From: Eledone cirrhosa
Taxonomy: Eukaryota
Assembly: GCA_964016885.1 (NCBI GenBank)
Contig: OZ024741.1
Coordinates: 142,476,001-142,540,000, forward strand
Direction of reading: 5' to 3'
DNA length: 64,000 bases
Position numbers and translations under genes: made by a program. Shown here one piece after another: positions 47,758 through 62,573 of this stretch. The notes beneath the pieces were generated by a model. The model was not told where the DNA came from, did no database searches, and worked only from the letters and a program-made list of their open reading frames with translations. Position 1 is the stretch's first letter, and each line of letters opens with the position of its first letter.

Positions 47758-49280
47758 GGTGAGGGGGTGAGGACAAGTCCGAGCAAATTTATTTGTGGAA
47801 GATCAGCAGTCGCCCATGCATACCAGTCATCCCTCTACACTCCAGTGGCAGTGTTCATGTACAATTACAGTCAGCTATGTCACCTTCCCAATTATCGATT
47901 AGATGATCGAATGGAAGCACCCATGGCCACCCAAACTGCTAGAAAGAGAACTGAATATATATATTATTGCACTAGTCTACGGCGCTCAGCATTTTCTTCG
48001 CTGCTTTCAATTCATAATCACCTTATGTATGTATATATAAGTGCATGTGTATATGCAGTGTGTGTGTATATGCACACTTGCTTGTATTGACGGTTGCAAG
48101 GAGTACTCAATACCATAGTAGAGATTAATATATTCTTTAAGGCCAAGCTTGAGTTTTGTTACTCTAGAGTTTCTGCGTGTTTCTTTGCTAGAGCTAAGTT
48201 ATAAATATGTAAGGACACAATACCGTTTCAATACCAATACACATCGAGGCAAAACTTGAAGTCAGCCAACACACATAAATGTCGAACATTTAATTTTATA
48301 AGTATTTGTCCTTGCCATGGAAGTTTTTTTTTTTTTTTCCGTCTTGTCAAACATTCCAAGGACAGCGTTTGACTGCCTTGTCTGACAGTGTGAACCCCGA
48401 ATGGCCCAATAGTTATAAACGGTGGGAGTTAAAACTGTACGCCAATTTTGACGGCCGTTATTTATTTATTTTATTTTATTTTTGTTACCTGTTGCCAATT
48501 TTGCAATTAAGCGGCGAATTAGCAGTCATTAGAACGTCAGATAGAGTGCTTTGTGGTATTTGATCTGGCTCTCTACTCTCCGAGTTCAAATCCCACTGAC
48601 GTCAACTTTGCCTTCCACCTTTTCGAGATCGATTTTTTAAAAAGTACCAGTCTAATACTGGGTTCGATTCTTCCTCTATGTCTCTTTCTCACGTCCTATC
48701 CTTCTCTGGAAGAAATCAGCTGTTCTCAGGTCTGAGAGGGATGGGCACCGCCAGGGTTAAAATGCCCAAGAAACGCCGGAGCCAGACCAATTCTGCTATT
48801 ATACACACACACAGTAAGGTTGTAAGTAAACTAAACGAAACGGAAAGAGATCCACCGACTAATCCAAGTTTAGCTATAGTAGTGGTGTTAGTATCGGTAA
48901 CAGAAGTAATGGTAGTAGTAAGTAGCTGCACAAGGCTAGTGATGGTAGCAGTAGCGTTGTTGGTAGCAGCATTAGTCGTAATGAGAAATAGTAGTAATAT
49001 TAATTGTATTACTGTGCGAGAGCGTGTGATAAAATAAATATGACGTCTAAGATTAGAAAAGCGAATAAGAGGATTAATAAGAGGGGAAAAAAATCATCCC
49101 TCCCTCACTAACGAGGAATCGGAAGGATTTTTGTGTTAGAGAACAGGAACGACGGTTGCTATAGGGCGGGAACAAACAAAACAAGGTATATACGTCTCTG
49201 TGGGTAGGACACTGTGATGGTGGGGGTAAATACACGCACAGAGACACGTGAGTTAAATGAACATTATACAAACATATACA

Positions 49281-49324
<44 letters not shown>

Positions 49325-49640
49325 TACGTACACAGACACATATACACACACACATACATACATAAATATACACACGCACGCACAAACACCTAGTCGGAGG
49401 TTAACTTCGTCTCGGTGCAAAACCCATGGTAATTTGTGATGTTATATACACACACTCATATGAATGTGTTAGCTGAAACAAAATATTCGCATCACTAACG
49501 CATCTAATAATACACATGAAAATGTACACACGTCAGTGTAAACAAGCTAGAGAAAAGTACCCGACATTTCGTTCCATTTAAACAAAATCTAATCGTACGT
49601 AGATCGGCAACGAAAAATGTTAGCAATTCTTTTCGATGTT

Positions 49641-49683
<43 letters not shown>

Positions 49684-50658
49684 ATAGTGGTAAGTATTTC
49701 CGTAGAAAAGGTACGATGAACGAGCTGGGCGTTTCTGTAAGGTTCGTCTAGTTTCTTGAAACATTTGGTAATGGGATAATTAGATTGTGTTGTTTATTAT
49801 GTAATTATATATATATATATATACACACACATATATATATATATACTGATTAGGGCGTTGAATTTACTATCGTAAGGTCATGTGTTCTTGAGCAGGGTCT
49901 TTTTCTGGGAGAACTAGGGTTCCCTTCATTAAAACACCCAAGAAACCTCATACTATGAAGTTCAATCTCGCAGGAGGTCAGCTAAACCTACATAGGTGTG
50001 AAGTGTAACAGCAACAGAGTTACGTACTCAATGCAAAAGTAGAGTGCCATAACAAAATCAATAGCTAACACAATGTCATTCAATCTTAGTTTCGGTTTTT
50101 GCAAGATCTTTCATCTGAAGTCGCCTGACACCAAGCTGTTATTTTGTTATGCCCTCCCCATTACACACACGCGTACGTGCGACCTTTATATAAACATACG
50201 TGATGTCAGCACACACACATGCAAGTTTTATATCATGTATTCAAGATACAGTTGTTATACACACACACATACGTGTGAGTGTGACTGACAGTTTGTGTAA
50301 CTTGTAGAAATTGGGTTATATTTATAAATGACTGAGGGTACTACCCCACTGCAATAAGCGAGCAAACAGAAGCCGAGAAACTAGAACCATAAAAGAAGTG
50401 TATAGTTGAATCGATTACAAAAGAAAATCGAAGTTGAGTGAGTATTTCTTAGTCACACTTACACACGGCAGAGCAAAATCTCAATGTGTTATGTTCAAAC
50501 TAAAAGAAACAGTGCAACTGCTTGGGCAAGCGAATACTAGGGCGGTGTATGTATAAATAGACGCCAAATTGATGACTGAGGAAATTATATATTATAAAAG
50601 GCGATAGCTACAGTGCTCTCTTTCTCTCTCACACACAACACACACACATATATATACA

Positions 50659-50738
50659 TACAGGGTGTCCCAAAAAATGTATACAGACTTCAACAGTATT
50701 CTAATAAAAGTGTGTATATATTTTGGGGACACACCGTG
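50659..50738. mobile_element. ~80-bp Tc1/mariner-type MITE
   Basis: TA|cagggtgtcccaaaaaatgtatac ... gtatatattttggggacac. Second copy at 61814-61885. Confidence 0.7.
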
Positions 50739-50845
50739 TGTGTGTGTATAAAAAGACATTTCTGATGATTTCATTCGAATGAAACAGTTCTAGTCCTAAT
50801 GAAAATAAACATGCTTCTCTACTATTACATACATACACACACGTG

Positions 50846-50877
<32 letters not shown>

Positions 50878-53610
50878 ACGAAGTGATATAAAAAAAAGAC
50901 ATTGGGAAAATTTGAAATGTAGTTCTAACGCAAATGACTATAATAATAGTTAAGAAAATCGGGTAAAATAACCTGGCATTCGAGAGATTCAGGTGGGGTT
51001 CGATTCCTTGTAGGCGGCTCTGCCCACTTCTTCCGTTTCCACTGGAACTTGACCCGATTTGCTCTATTATCTATAGGGATCGACTATAATGGTCATTTGC
51101 GTTAAGACGAGTACAATTCATATATATATCGCTGTGTCTAAATTGTAATTACGAAAGAATGAGTCCTCGGTATGTAAATATAGCGGTACTATATATTACT
51201 TAAAATGCATGCCATGTATTTTAAGCAATATATATATATATATATATATATATGGCCGTCAATTGCCTTAACTCACTCACACGCAAACAAATCTATACCA
51301 AACACATTCTTGGTGTAATTATTGAATGTCGATGAAAAGGACTACTCCCTCAAATTAAGGTTTGCGTCAAAGTGTCATGAGTAATTAGGACCACACTGAT
51401 GAAACAGACCTGTGATAAATTCACTTCAAACGTTTTATATCTAAGATTACATTATTATCTTTTCTTTTTGTAGTCTGTGAATACAAAGGGAAACTTGGTT
51501 GTTATTTCTAGCAAATGAAACGTAGGCACTCCTTTGTATGTAGATTTGAGTTTCTGCGTTGTAATAACTCGTGACGACTAAGCTTTGCTGATCATTCCTC
51601 CCAGATCGATAACACAGACACCAATCAACTATGTACACGAACTTATTCAATCAGCCAGCATACACCACATCCATAACAATTTTGTGACTTGTGTCTATGT
51701 GTGAGAAATCATAGTGAAATCAGTGGAGCATAAACTAAAGTTGTGATATTTTACATTTTAAGTGTAAATCCTGCCGAACTTTTAATTTCGCTTTCATCCC
51801 TATCATTGGACCAAGTCTAGATTACAACGATCCCCCATCTCCAGTAACTGAATGGTAGTTTATTTTATCGATCCCGGTCCAAGAAGGATGAAAATCAAAG
51901 TTGCCATCGGTGAGATTTGAACTCAGAACGTAAAGAGTCGTAGCTAAATGCTTATAAAGCATTTTGTCCGACGCTCTAACGATTCCGCCATTCCATTGCC
52001 CTAATAACTGTTTCTACTTTTGGCACAAGCCCAGTTATTACACCAGTGCATTACTGGTGTTTTATTTTATCGACCCCGTAAGGATGAAAGGCAAAGCCAG
52101 CCTCGGCGGGATAACAAAACCAAAAAATATGCATTCATATAACAGGAAGTCAATTAAAACGATTATATTACTAGCTTAAAATATTACTGTTCGGGTCGAT
52201 AACAAATAAGGTGTCAGTTAAGTACTGGATCAATCAGACAAAAAAAGCAAAAAAAAAAACAAAAAAAAACAGCAACTGTACTCCAAATTCTATGACCTAA
52301 GTACCAATGTAATACCACCACGAAATACTGTTTCCAGTTCCAGATGAAAAAAAATTGTAATTAGGTCACGTCTGAATTTCCTTCAATTATATTTAGGCCT
52401 GTCGCCCCCATAGAATATATATATAACGAAACAGACAAAATAACGAAGAAAACTCTACATGGGCAAGTATTTTCTATAAACTCGGATTGATGATACCTCG
52501 TGAATCGAATTTGTTGTTAGACAGAAACCGCAGAAGCCCATTATATATGTATCTGTGTGTCCACGTCTGTTTTTATTCCGTAACCCAGAGATCGATAGAA
52601 AAAAGTACTGGGGATCGATATCGGCTTAAAGCGAGTCACAGCATAACCGTGATCTACCGACTGAAACTAATAAAAGAATAAACCATTTCGAAATTACGCC
52701 CTACTGTTTAAAAAAAGTAAAAAGGACATACACTATATCTGAATAATAATAAAATAAGTTAGATGGTCGTGGTTTCGTACCATCGATCGGCTGAAACAGG
52801 GACAGATAGAAAATAATAAAAGGAAGCAGTTTCTCCCCACCAGAATACGAAAAAATTAATTGCAGCTTGGAAAGTATTAACAGCTCCAGAATGACACTGG
52901 CCATGATGTTTAAAACAAACTAGATCAAGTTTAAAACTGGGAACTAGTTGAAACAAGTTTTAAGTAAACAATGATTAAGACGTTGATTGTTATTTATATA
53001 TGCGAGCTGCGATACCCGGCATTGCCAAGGTATATTTTAAACTACAATAAAAAATAATCGCCTGAATTCTATATTTCGGATAAATTGTTTTGAGATGGCC
53101 AAATAATGTTGTTTCCCTTAGAATACAGCTGATCTCCTTATGAGGTTGCACCTCATAGATTTCTTGTGTTTTAATAATAGGGGCTCCAGTCTTATCATAA
53201 AAAGTAACGTGAAACGAAGCATCTCTCTCTCTAGTTCTATGATACAAAATTGTTTTAAAATCCTCTTAATTTTATGTAAAAACCTTTAAATCATGCTCCA
53301 AACACCAGCTCAATAAATCTGATTAAATCCTCGAAATTCTTGATAATTTTCAAAATAATTTGAAAATTATAAGCGGTATCTTTCATTAGAAATGTGGTAG
53401 CGAATGAGTTAAAAATAGTAGGATGAGAGGAAAAGGATGAGGGTGGGGATACTCCCTCAATCAGCAGTTGCATGAACAGTAGCACAGCAGCGAGGACAAT
53501 AGTAACAACACAACGACTATTTATATGCGGCTTCTTTTCACGAGCTAAAATTATCGATATATATATATATAAACATTGAATCACGCATCGAAACAAAACT
53601 GCTTCTATGG

Positions 53611-53804
53611 TAATAATAATTGTTTCTACTTTAGGCACAAGGCCATCAATTACCCAGTACATTACTGGTACTTTATTTTATCGACCCGGTAAGGATGAAA
53701 GGCAAAGTCAACCTCGGCAGGATTTGAACTCAGATCGTAAAGGGACGTAACTATGCTGGAAAACATGGCGTCCGACCCTCTACCGATACTGCCAATCCAC
53801 CGCC
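53611..53804 (-). mobile_element. Young full-length SINE family B copy
   Basis: Nearly identical, in inverted orientation, to 60008-60183 and similar to 61615-61802. Confidence 0.88.
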
Positions 53805-55812
53805 AGTCCTGAAAGAGTAGACCTATGATATAAAGGCATTCCAATCATGACATCTCATCATATTTTCAGAGATAATATATCTTGCACTACATTATCCAAA
53901 ATGTTTTTCACATTTTAATGTTGTTAAGTGGGATTTGTGAGAGATTTCACTGCTATTTCTAGCATGTCAAGTGACCAAACAGAAGCATCTTCAAATGATT
54001 GAATGCTATGGTAATAATAATGTTTTCTAATTTAGGCCAACAAAGGAATGTCGATTAAATTCACCCTTGGTTATTGATTGGTACTTTATCCACCCTGGAA
54101 GGATGAACGACAATGTTGTCCTGGGCAGGATTTGAGATTAAAAATAAACAAAAAACAACCTCTGACACATATACCGCAAATCTAATAATAAATAACGTGT
54201 TATATTTTACCCGGTTCAACCCAAAGGAACGTAACTCACTGCACCATTGGGGGGGGGGGGGGGGGGTCGTTTGAAGTAAAATAAAACAAAACATTCAACT
54301 GGAAAATATAGAATTTTCTTTCTTGAACAGGTGATTCACCAACGAAGAGCCTTTTTTTTTTAAGGAAAAGGAGGAAAGCATTCACGGCTCTTTTTAGGGC
54401 CTCCGAAAATGCTGGGGATAATGAAGGAAAAATGCATCCAATAATTGGAGACTTGATCCGGATGCTTGTAACAGAATGGGCTCCGTGAAAGGCAAAACAT
54501 GAGTCAGTTGATAGTGTTAAGCAAGGGGACGGATTAACTCAACGACCTGTACCATATGAAACAGCACCAATAAGTCATACTTGAAAGGTACAAAACAGCA
54601 CTAACTGCATCAAGTTAAACATTATTGCCCTAAATTTCATAACAATCTGTCCAACAGGAAAGTTATTAAAAACATTTAAATGAACAAACCTGTATTTAGA
54701 TATTTTTAGCTAAATCATTACAGGATATTAAGAGTTAAGTCTCCAACCATCACACTGGGATTTTAACCCAGAATACGCAAAATGCTGAAACAAATATCGC
54801 AAAGCACTGCCACCTCGTCCGCCGCTCCAACATTAATTATCTGATGCTAGATTAAATACAAATGCAGTGCCGAATCTTGGCATTTTCAGCAACAGAGCGA
54901 ACGTGCGCGTCAGATTTTGATAGACTAGTTGGATCTATCAAAGAACTGTGTTTAGAGAAGTTCGATGTAGTTGGATCAATGAATGAAAGCGCCAACTGTC
55001 TTCAGATGTGCATTCCTCTATATCATATGTTTGATTGAAGTTGTTATGTATGGTAAGAAAAAAAACAAAACAATCTTTGTTATTCAATCCAATTCACAAT
55101 CATGAGTGAACAAGACCCTTTTTACGTTCGCTTCTTTTGAAAGAATTGTTTGGCTAGAAATAAAATTTAAATACACATAGTACTAACTACTACACAACAA
55201 GGGTTCCGCTAATTTACTTTGATTATAGAATACTTATGAAGTATGAAGTCATTACTTTACCTAAAGATGTAACACAATTTTACATTTTATGAAATACTTT
55301 AACAAAAGAGGGAAAAAATCTAAACAGCCTTTCAATCCGCCGAGTTACGTCCCTTTAGTCCCACCCCCACCCCAATTTCCCGTAAAAACTATTTTAAAAA
55401 AATTAAACTGACACTGAAATTCGGTCACAAAAAAAAAAAATCAGCAAAGCAAAACAGACTACAGCAATTGAGAAAATAAATAACTAAAAACATTCTCCGC
55501 CAGCCATCATTCTACGGTGAAATTAATACTTAATTTTATAAAAATTAATGGACAAGGCTACACAATTTTCGGGTGTGAGTGGGGTTATATTTATGTAAAA
55601 CAACACACAGTATATTGTTTTTATTGGGGTCACAAAAAAGCAAAGGACTTGACTGATACATTATTTTATCGACATCGAAAGGGTGAAAGGCAAAGTTAAC
55701 TTTGGCGGGATTTGAACTCAGAACGTAAAGATCCAGAAAAAATACTGCTAAGCTTTAACAATTCTGCTAATCCACCGACATATGACATTCAGCAATTATT
55801 TTGATGAGACAC

Positions 55813-55848
<36 letters not shown>

Positions 55849-58800
55849 AATTTTAGTACAGCATTGACGAAGCTTTAGAATACGGCCAAGCTAACGTATA
55901 TGCATAATCGGTCTGTCACTTGACCACTCAGATGAGGAAAGACCCCAGAGTAATAACATTACGTTCAGACAGCTTAGCAAATCAGAGAGAGTGAGTGAGA
56001 GAGTGAGAGTGAGTGAGAGAGTGAGTGAGAGAGAGAGTGAGTGAGTGAGAGAGAGAGAGTGAGTGAGAGAGTGTGTGTGTAGGAATCCTGAACGCAGGGA
56101 GTAGCTGTAACCATAGACTATTGCTATAAATGCTAGCTTAGAAAATCGGGTAAAATACCCATATAGACGAAAAGAGTGAGTTTCTATGCTAGAAATAGTA
56201 AAGAAATCTTCCTAAAATCGCACAGTACTTAAAAAACATAATACGTCATATAATATAGTCTCCACAACGTTTGACAGACGGGGAAAAAAATCGTATGGTC
56301 ATGGTTGATAATGAGTATATTGGGACCATGGACGAGCAGAAGCTAGAGCCTGGATGGAGCTTCTTTGATAAGAAACAACGTTTACCATCACCACCTCACA
56401 TTAATGTTTACCTTTAACTTAGAGTTGGTTTGGGTTGAGCTTCGGTTAAACATCAATAAAATTTAAAAAAAAAAGAACAATGCGATCGGGAGGTTAGGTT
56501 TCAATTCGCTCTACACGTTATGAATATAATATAAGGTGGAAATACACAAAAATTTATAATCCGACACGAAATAACCACAACAAACTCCACACACCTCGAA
56601 CGATTTCGGTTTAATATTACCAAAGAGAATGCTTTTCTTCGGTAAGATAATTTCTAACCTCGACACAAAATCATATTTGGCATGGGGGCTGTTTGGAAGA
56701 GGTATACATCGATTAAGTTCTATCTCAATATTTGACTGGTGCCCACCCCAAATTCTTACGGTTATATATGAATGAATTATTATTATTGAGTTAAAAATCC
56801 CGTCGAGGTTAGCTTTATTTTCGTCCTTAAGGGGTCGATAAAATAAAGTACCAGTGACGCACTGGGGTAGATTTAATTAACTTTCCCTTTCACCCAAACT
56901 GTGCCTAAATCAGAAACCATTATTATTGTTGAGCTCAAATCTCGCCGGGATTAAGCTTTGCTTTTCATCCATACGAGGTCGATAAAATAAAACACCAGTA
57001 ACGAACTGGGATCGATTTGATCGACTTTCCCCTCCTCCAAAATTGTTGGCCTTTTGCCTAAATCAGAAAGCAGGAGCTTGGCAGAGTAGTTAGAGTAACG
57101 GACTAATGCGTAGCACGTTTCGAGTTCAAATCCGGCTGAGGTCAACTATCCCTTTCAATATAGTCGACTTTCCTCTTCACTAAAATTGTTGGTCTTGTGT
57201 CTGATGTAGAAATCATTATTATACTGCTATTATGGATCTCGGAAGAACGAAAAGATTTCAGTTGAGAACATGGAGGAACGCAAGTACACACAGCAAGGCA
57301 AATCCACCGCTTTCTAACTTGTTCTAAAAGCCATGGAAATTAGAGGAGATAGGGTACACAATCTGTTGGATCGATCACAGAACTTGACTGGTTCTTATTT
57401 TATCGATCACTTCTTATAGTGGCACAAAGTAAAGAGTGAGGTGTTTATAATATGGTGGTCAATTGAATCGATCACTACCAGCATGTAGGACAGGGATCTA
57501 TTTTAGAGAAAGAGAAATATCAAAGGCGATGTTTATCTTCCAGAAACCTCACCAGCAGCAGCAGCAGCGAAATTTGAACTTATGCCGTAAACGTTGAAAG
57601 TGACAAATCCCGGCGAGGTTAACGTTGCCTTTCATCCTTACGGCACCAGTAATGCATTGAGGTAATTGCTGGTCTTGTGCCCATAGTAGAAACAATTAGT
57701 AGACAGGCGCTGCACTGTTTGTCTACTTTCAAAGGGAACGACTACAAACACACGCACGCCTCTGCAGTGACACACACACAAAATACATATATAAATGTGT
57801 GTGTGTGTGTGTGTGTTAATCAGCATCTGCTGTTGACAACCCCACGTGGCGTCAAGTAGGTAACTGCAAACACAAATATTGATGCCATGGATCCAAAACT
57901 AAAACAACGTTCCCACCACGAACACACACGTATATATAGATTTACATGTACTCGCGTGAGTGTGTATTACACACTTACATACATGACACAAAGAGAGACT
58001 AAAGTTAAGTTATTAATAATAATAATCCCTGTGCCACCCCCACCCCACCCTCCTGCGGCAAAAAAAAAAAAAAAACGATAAAGCCAAACATTGTATGTAT
58101 CTCGATAGAAACGAGAAAATAAATGTCGGTCGATGAAAGAAGAATACTCCCTGCTCAAGTAGCATGAAACAATGTAATGGTTAGGTCATTTCCACTCCCC
58201 ACCCAAATAATATAATTGTAAATATATACACACACTCACACACCTATGTATGTTATATATATATTGTCTATATTAATATATACATATTAATTGTATGAAG
58301 GAGCGAAGCTGCGGCAGTGAGTAATGAACAAGTATATAGGAACAATACATACCAAACAGACGACCATTTAAAAAGGCTAGACTCTCCTTAGTCGCTATAT
58401 AAACATATCTTCACAAAATTAGTAAACTGATTTTGTTGCTTCGTTCGATTTCTAGTAAAATATGTATATATAATAACTATTATTGTGTCAGGTCAAACTA
58501 GCATGCTTATCTTTTTAATAATAGCATCACTGCAGGGGTGATCCGGAAGTGACCTTCTACAGTACAGGAAGTCATTGCTAACGACAATTCAAGAAAGGAA
58601 TTTATCAGAAAAATAAATATAGACTTGTCTAATTTCGTATTTTAAAAGTAAAAAGGGATGGAAAAAAAAATATCTTGACAAAAATAGTATTTATTTAAAA
58701 AAAAAATACAAGAACTATTTTATCGAAAGTATTAAAAATAGATAATTAATTGAGACTTTCAACAATTAATGGGAGAGGAAGTTCAGGAGTTAATAGAATA

Positions 58801-59722
58801 ACAGCTACGCAGCAACTAAGATAGTCAAAGCGGATTGGATGAAAATAGGCAAAAGGTCGAAGCTATTCACATTACTTCAGTTAAGTCAGTCGCTAGACAA
58901 AATAAAACTCACCTCTTTCTATTTACGAGCTAGTAGTTTATCTCACAGCGGCAACATTATTTAAATAATCGGTTATTTTAATGATTATTATCAATAATTG
59001 TTTCTACTTTTGGCACAAGGCCAGCAATTACCTATTGTATTACTGGTACTTTATTTTATCGACCCCGTAAGGATGAAAGGCAAAGTTAACCTCGGCGAGA
59101 TTTGAATGATTATTATCAATAATTGTTTCTACTTTCGGCACAGTTGTTGTCGCAGTGATAAATAGAAATAAAATTTGTAAAAAGAAGTTTGTGTGCGGAT
59201 TATATTTTATTTCACACACTATTTTAATAATAATAGGATATGCGACACAGAAAGTACCTTCAAATATAACATTCTATTATCAACTAACCACAGTTTAGTC
59301 GCCTGATCCATTGTAGCATTTATTTATCTTTTAAACGATTATATAAAGCTTTATTGATCAACAGAAATCCAGTCAGTCGACTTAGTACTGACTCATTCTC
59401 ACAGGCAGCTGCTGCTGCTGCTACTACTACTCTATGAGGGGATATCTATGTGGTTGTCCGATGTGTTAAAAACAACAGTCAGCTCTTATTCTAATCACAA
59501 TCTAACCTTCAAGAAAAAAAAGGGGGTACATCGCTTAATGCGGTCATAAGTGGTGTTAGCTGGAATGCTTTTGATCATGTCTGATCTGGGGTAACCATCA
59601 ACACTCCTAAATCAATCGCGTTAACGAGGGAACCACGACTGGTTAAAAATAGTAGTCAAATCTTTCAAACCACACCCTATTGCCTTAAAAAAGAAAGAAC
59701 ACATTTTATAATGTAGTTAACC

Positions 59723-59726
<4 letters not shown>

Positions 59727-59798
<72 letters not shown>
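59727..59798. repeat. Pure (GT)n microsatellite
   Basis: About 70 bp of uninterrupted GT. Confidence 0.97.
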
Positions 59799-59799
<1 letters not shown>

Positions 59800-60007
59800 G
59801 CTTTTATTTGTCTGGTACAAAACGAGGACGCCTCTACGTGGTAGCTTGGATTGCTAAACATACCAGTGCAAAATTTGAAGAAAATAAAGAGAAGAAAAAA
59901 AAACACTGGAAGGTCATGGGTGGAATGCTACTGATCTGCCTAAGTAAGCTTAGCTGCCTTATCTGTTAAATTACGGCTAGACGTTACTATTTAACGATAG
60001 TTATATT

Positions 60008-60183
60008 AGGCGGTAGAGAGTCGGACACCATGCTTTCCAGCATAGTTACGTCCCTTTACGATCTGAGTTCAAATCCCGCCGAGGTTGACTTTGCCTTTCA
60101 TCCTTACGGGGTCGATAAAATAAAGTACCAGTAATGCACTGGGTAATTGCTGGCCTTGTGCCTAAAGTAGAAACAGTTATATT
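60008..60183 (+). mobile_element. Young SINE family B copy
   Basis: B box gagttcaaatccc with conserved centre and tail. Confidence 0.88.
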
Positions 60184-60920
60184 AGGTTAAATAACATTTT
60201 CTGCTTGTTTTTGTTTTAATTGTGTTAACAGTATTCATGGTAAAACTTTTTGTAGTTATGTGCATGTATCTATATAAATGTATATATATACACACACACA
60301 TTTATATATATTGAACAATGAAAACAAAAGGCAGAAATTGGTGCTTAATTAGTTCATTGTTTTGCGATCGTTTCAGAAGGTTGGTTGATCATGATATATC
60401 GATATATTGAGTAACTGATAGTGGTTATGCAACCATACATTATTAGTTTCTATACTCCAGATCCATCTGAACATCTTCCTCAGAAACAGATGACGGTGAG
60501 ATGGATCTGGGATATCTGGGGTGGAATAATCACTATCACTTAGTCAATCTTCGCCTTTTGTTTTCATTATTCAAACCATATATATGTGACCATGTGGCTT
60601 GTTTACAATGCGCAACGGAATCTCATATGATGAAAGACTACTACAAAAACAACAACTCTCATCACATGATCTCATTGGAATTTTTTTTTTAAGGCTGTAT
60701 GGATTTCTAACGTTATTGGCTCTACAGTAAACAGGTAGATGCCAATACACACACACTGGTATCTAGAGAGAGAGCAGAGCTGAGACCGGGGATACCACTA
60801 ATCATGAGAGTACTCAATGCATGGGGAGATGCAGAGTGTAGGTATAGAGCTTGAAAGGCTTGCTGAACACAAGCTGAAACTGCTTGGCGCCGCTGTCGGG
60901 ATTTTACATATTTACATATT

Positions 60921-60954
<34 letters not shown>

Positions 60955-61614
60955 CTGCGTGTGTATACATATATGTATGTGTGTGTATTTATATTACACA
61001 CGCATACTAAGACACGAAGAAAAAATAACTAATACAAATTTACGACCTAGAAAGCCCCAATAAACATAAACAATAACCTTCACCCAACTTACTACTGTCT
61101 CTCTCGTCTATTCCACCAACACTGGCAGACGACCTCCTACTCATATTCACCGAATGAATAAACAACTCTTTTTTATGGTGGGTGATTGTAGCTATTGCTG
61201 TTAGTTGCTGTTTAGACTAACGTCAGTAACAAACATAGGATCAAAGCCATTTCAATCCCGCCTTTTGTATATGTATCTACAACTACATACATACAATGGT
61301 GGGGTTTTGCGGTGAAATAGAGTTGGTACGTTTTCTCGTTATTATTGTTTACCCAGCAAGCCTGTAGCCGGAATGGTACCTTAGTTGAGATCATCCCATC
61401 TATATATCCCACTTCTCAGACATAGTGCATCAAGCACCACTTTTGCAAAATGCGCCTTTCTTTATTGTAGACAGTAGGGATACGATGTAAAATAGATTTC
61501 ACTGCTATTTCTAGAATAACAAGATACAGCGTAGTGGTTAGTTATGTTATAGCTACAAGCCAGTCAGCTGTCATCGAGCAGGCATTATAGACAAACACAC
61601 ACTTTATATATATA

Positions 61615-61802
61615 TGGTGGATTGGCAGTATCGGTAGAGGGTCGGACGCCATGCTTTGACGCATAGAGTTGTGGCCCTCTACGTTCTAAGTTCAAATCCC
61701 GCCGAGGTTAACTTTGCCTTTCATCCTTACGGGGTCGATAAAATAAAGTACCAGTAATGCACTGAGTAACTGCTCGCCTTGTGCCAAAAGTAGAAACAAT
61801 TA
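61615..61802 (+). mobile_element. Full-length SINE family B copy
   Basis: A box tggcagtatcgg, B box gttcaaatccc, tail running into (TA)n. Confidence 0.88.
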
Positions 61803-61885
61803 TATATATATATGGTGTCCCCCAAAAATGTATACATACTTCAACATCATTGTAATAAAAGTATGTATACATTTTGGGGACTGCA

Positions 61886-62541
61886 TGTGTATATATATGT
61901 GTATATATATATATATTATATATATACATACATACACATATATATATATATATACATACACATATATATATATATACATATATATACATACATACACATA
62001 TATATATAATATATATATACATACATACATACACATATATACATACACACACATACATACACATATATATATAATATATATATACATACATACATACACA
62101 TATATACATACACACACATATATATATATATATATAATATATATATATATACACATATATATATATATATACATACACATATATATATATATATACATAC
62201 ACATATATATATATATATACATACATATACATACATACATATACATACATATACATACATACATACACATATATATATATATACATACATATACATACAT
62301 ACATACACATATACATATACATACATACATACACATATATATATACATACATACATACACATATATATATATATATACATACATACATACATATATATAC
62401 ATACATACATACATATATATATACATACATACATATATATATACATACATACATACATATATACATACATACATACATATATACATACATACATACATAT
62501 ATACATACATACATATATATATACATACATACATATATATA

Positions 62542-62573
<32 letters not shown>

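Noticed and set aside
55860-55975. Two faint hammerhead-like words (ttgacgaagc, cagatgagg)
   Set aside because: Core mismatches and no GAAA or stems in the right positions.
60621-60786. Possible C/D snoRNA (ATGATGA ... CTGA)
   Set aside because: Boxes are about 150 nt apart, the terminal stem is poor and I recognised no rRNA guide.
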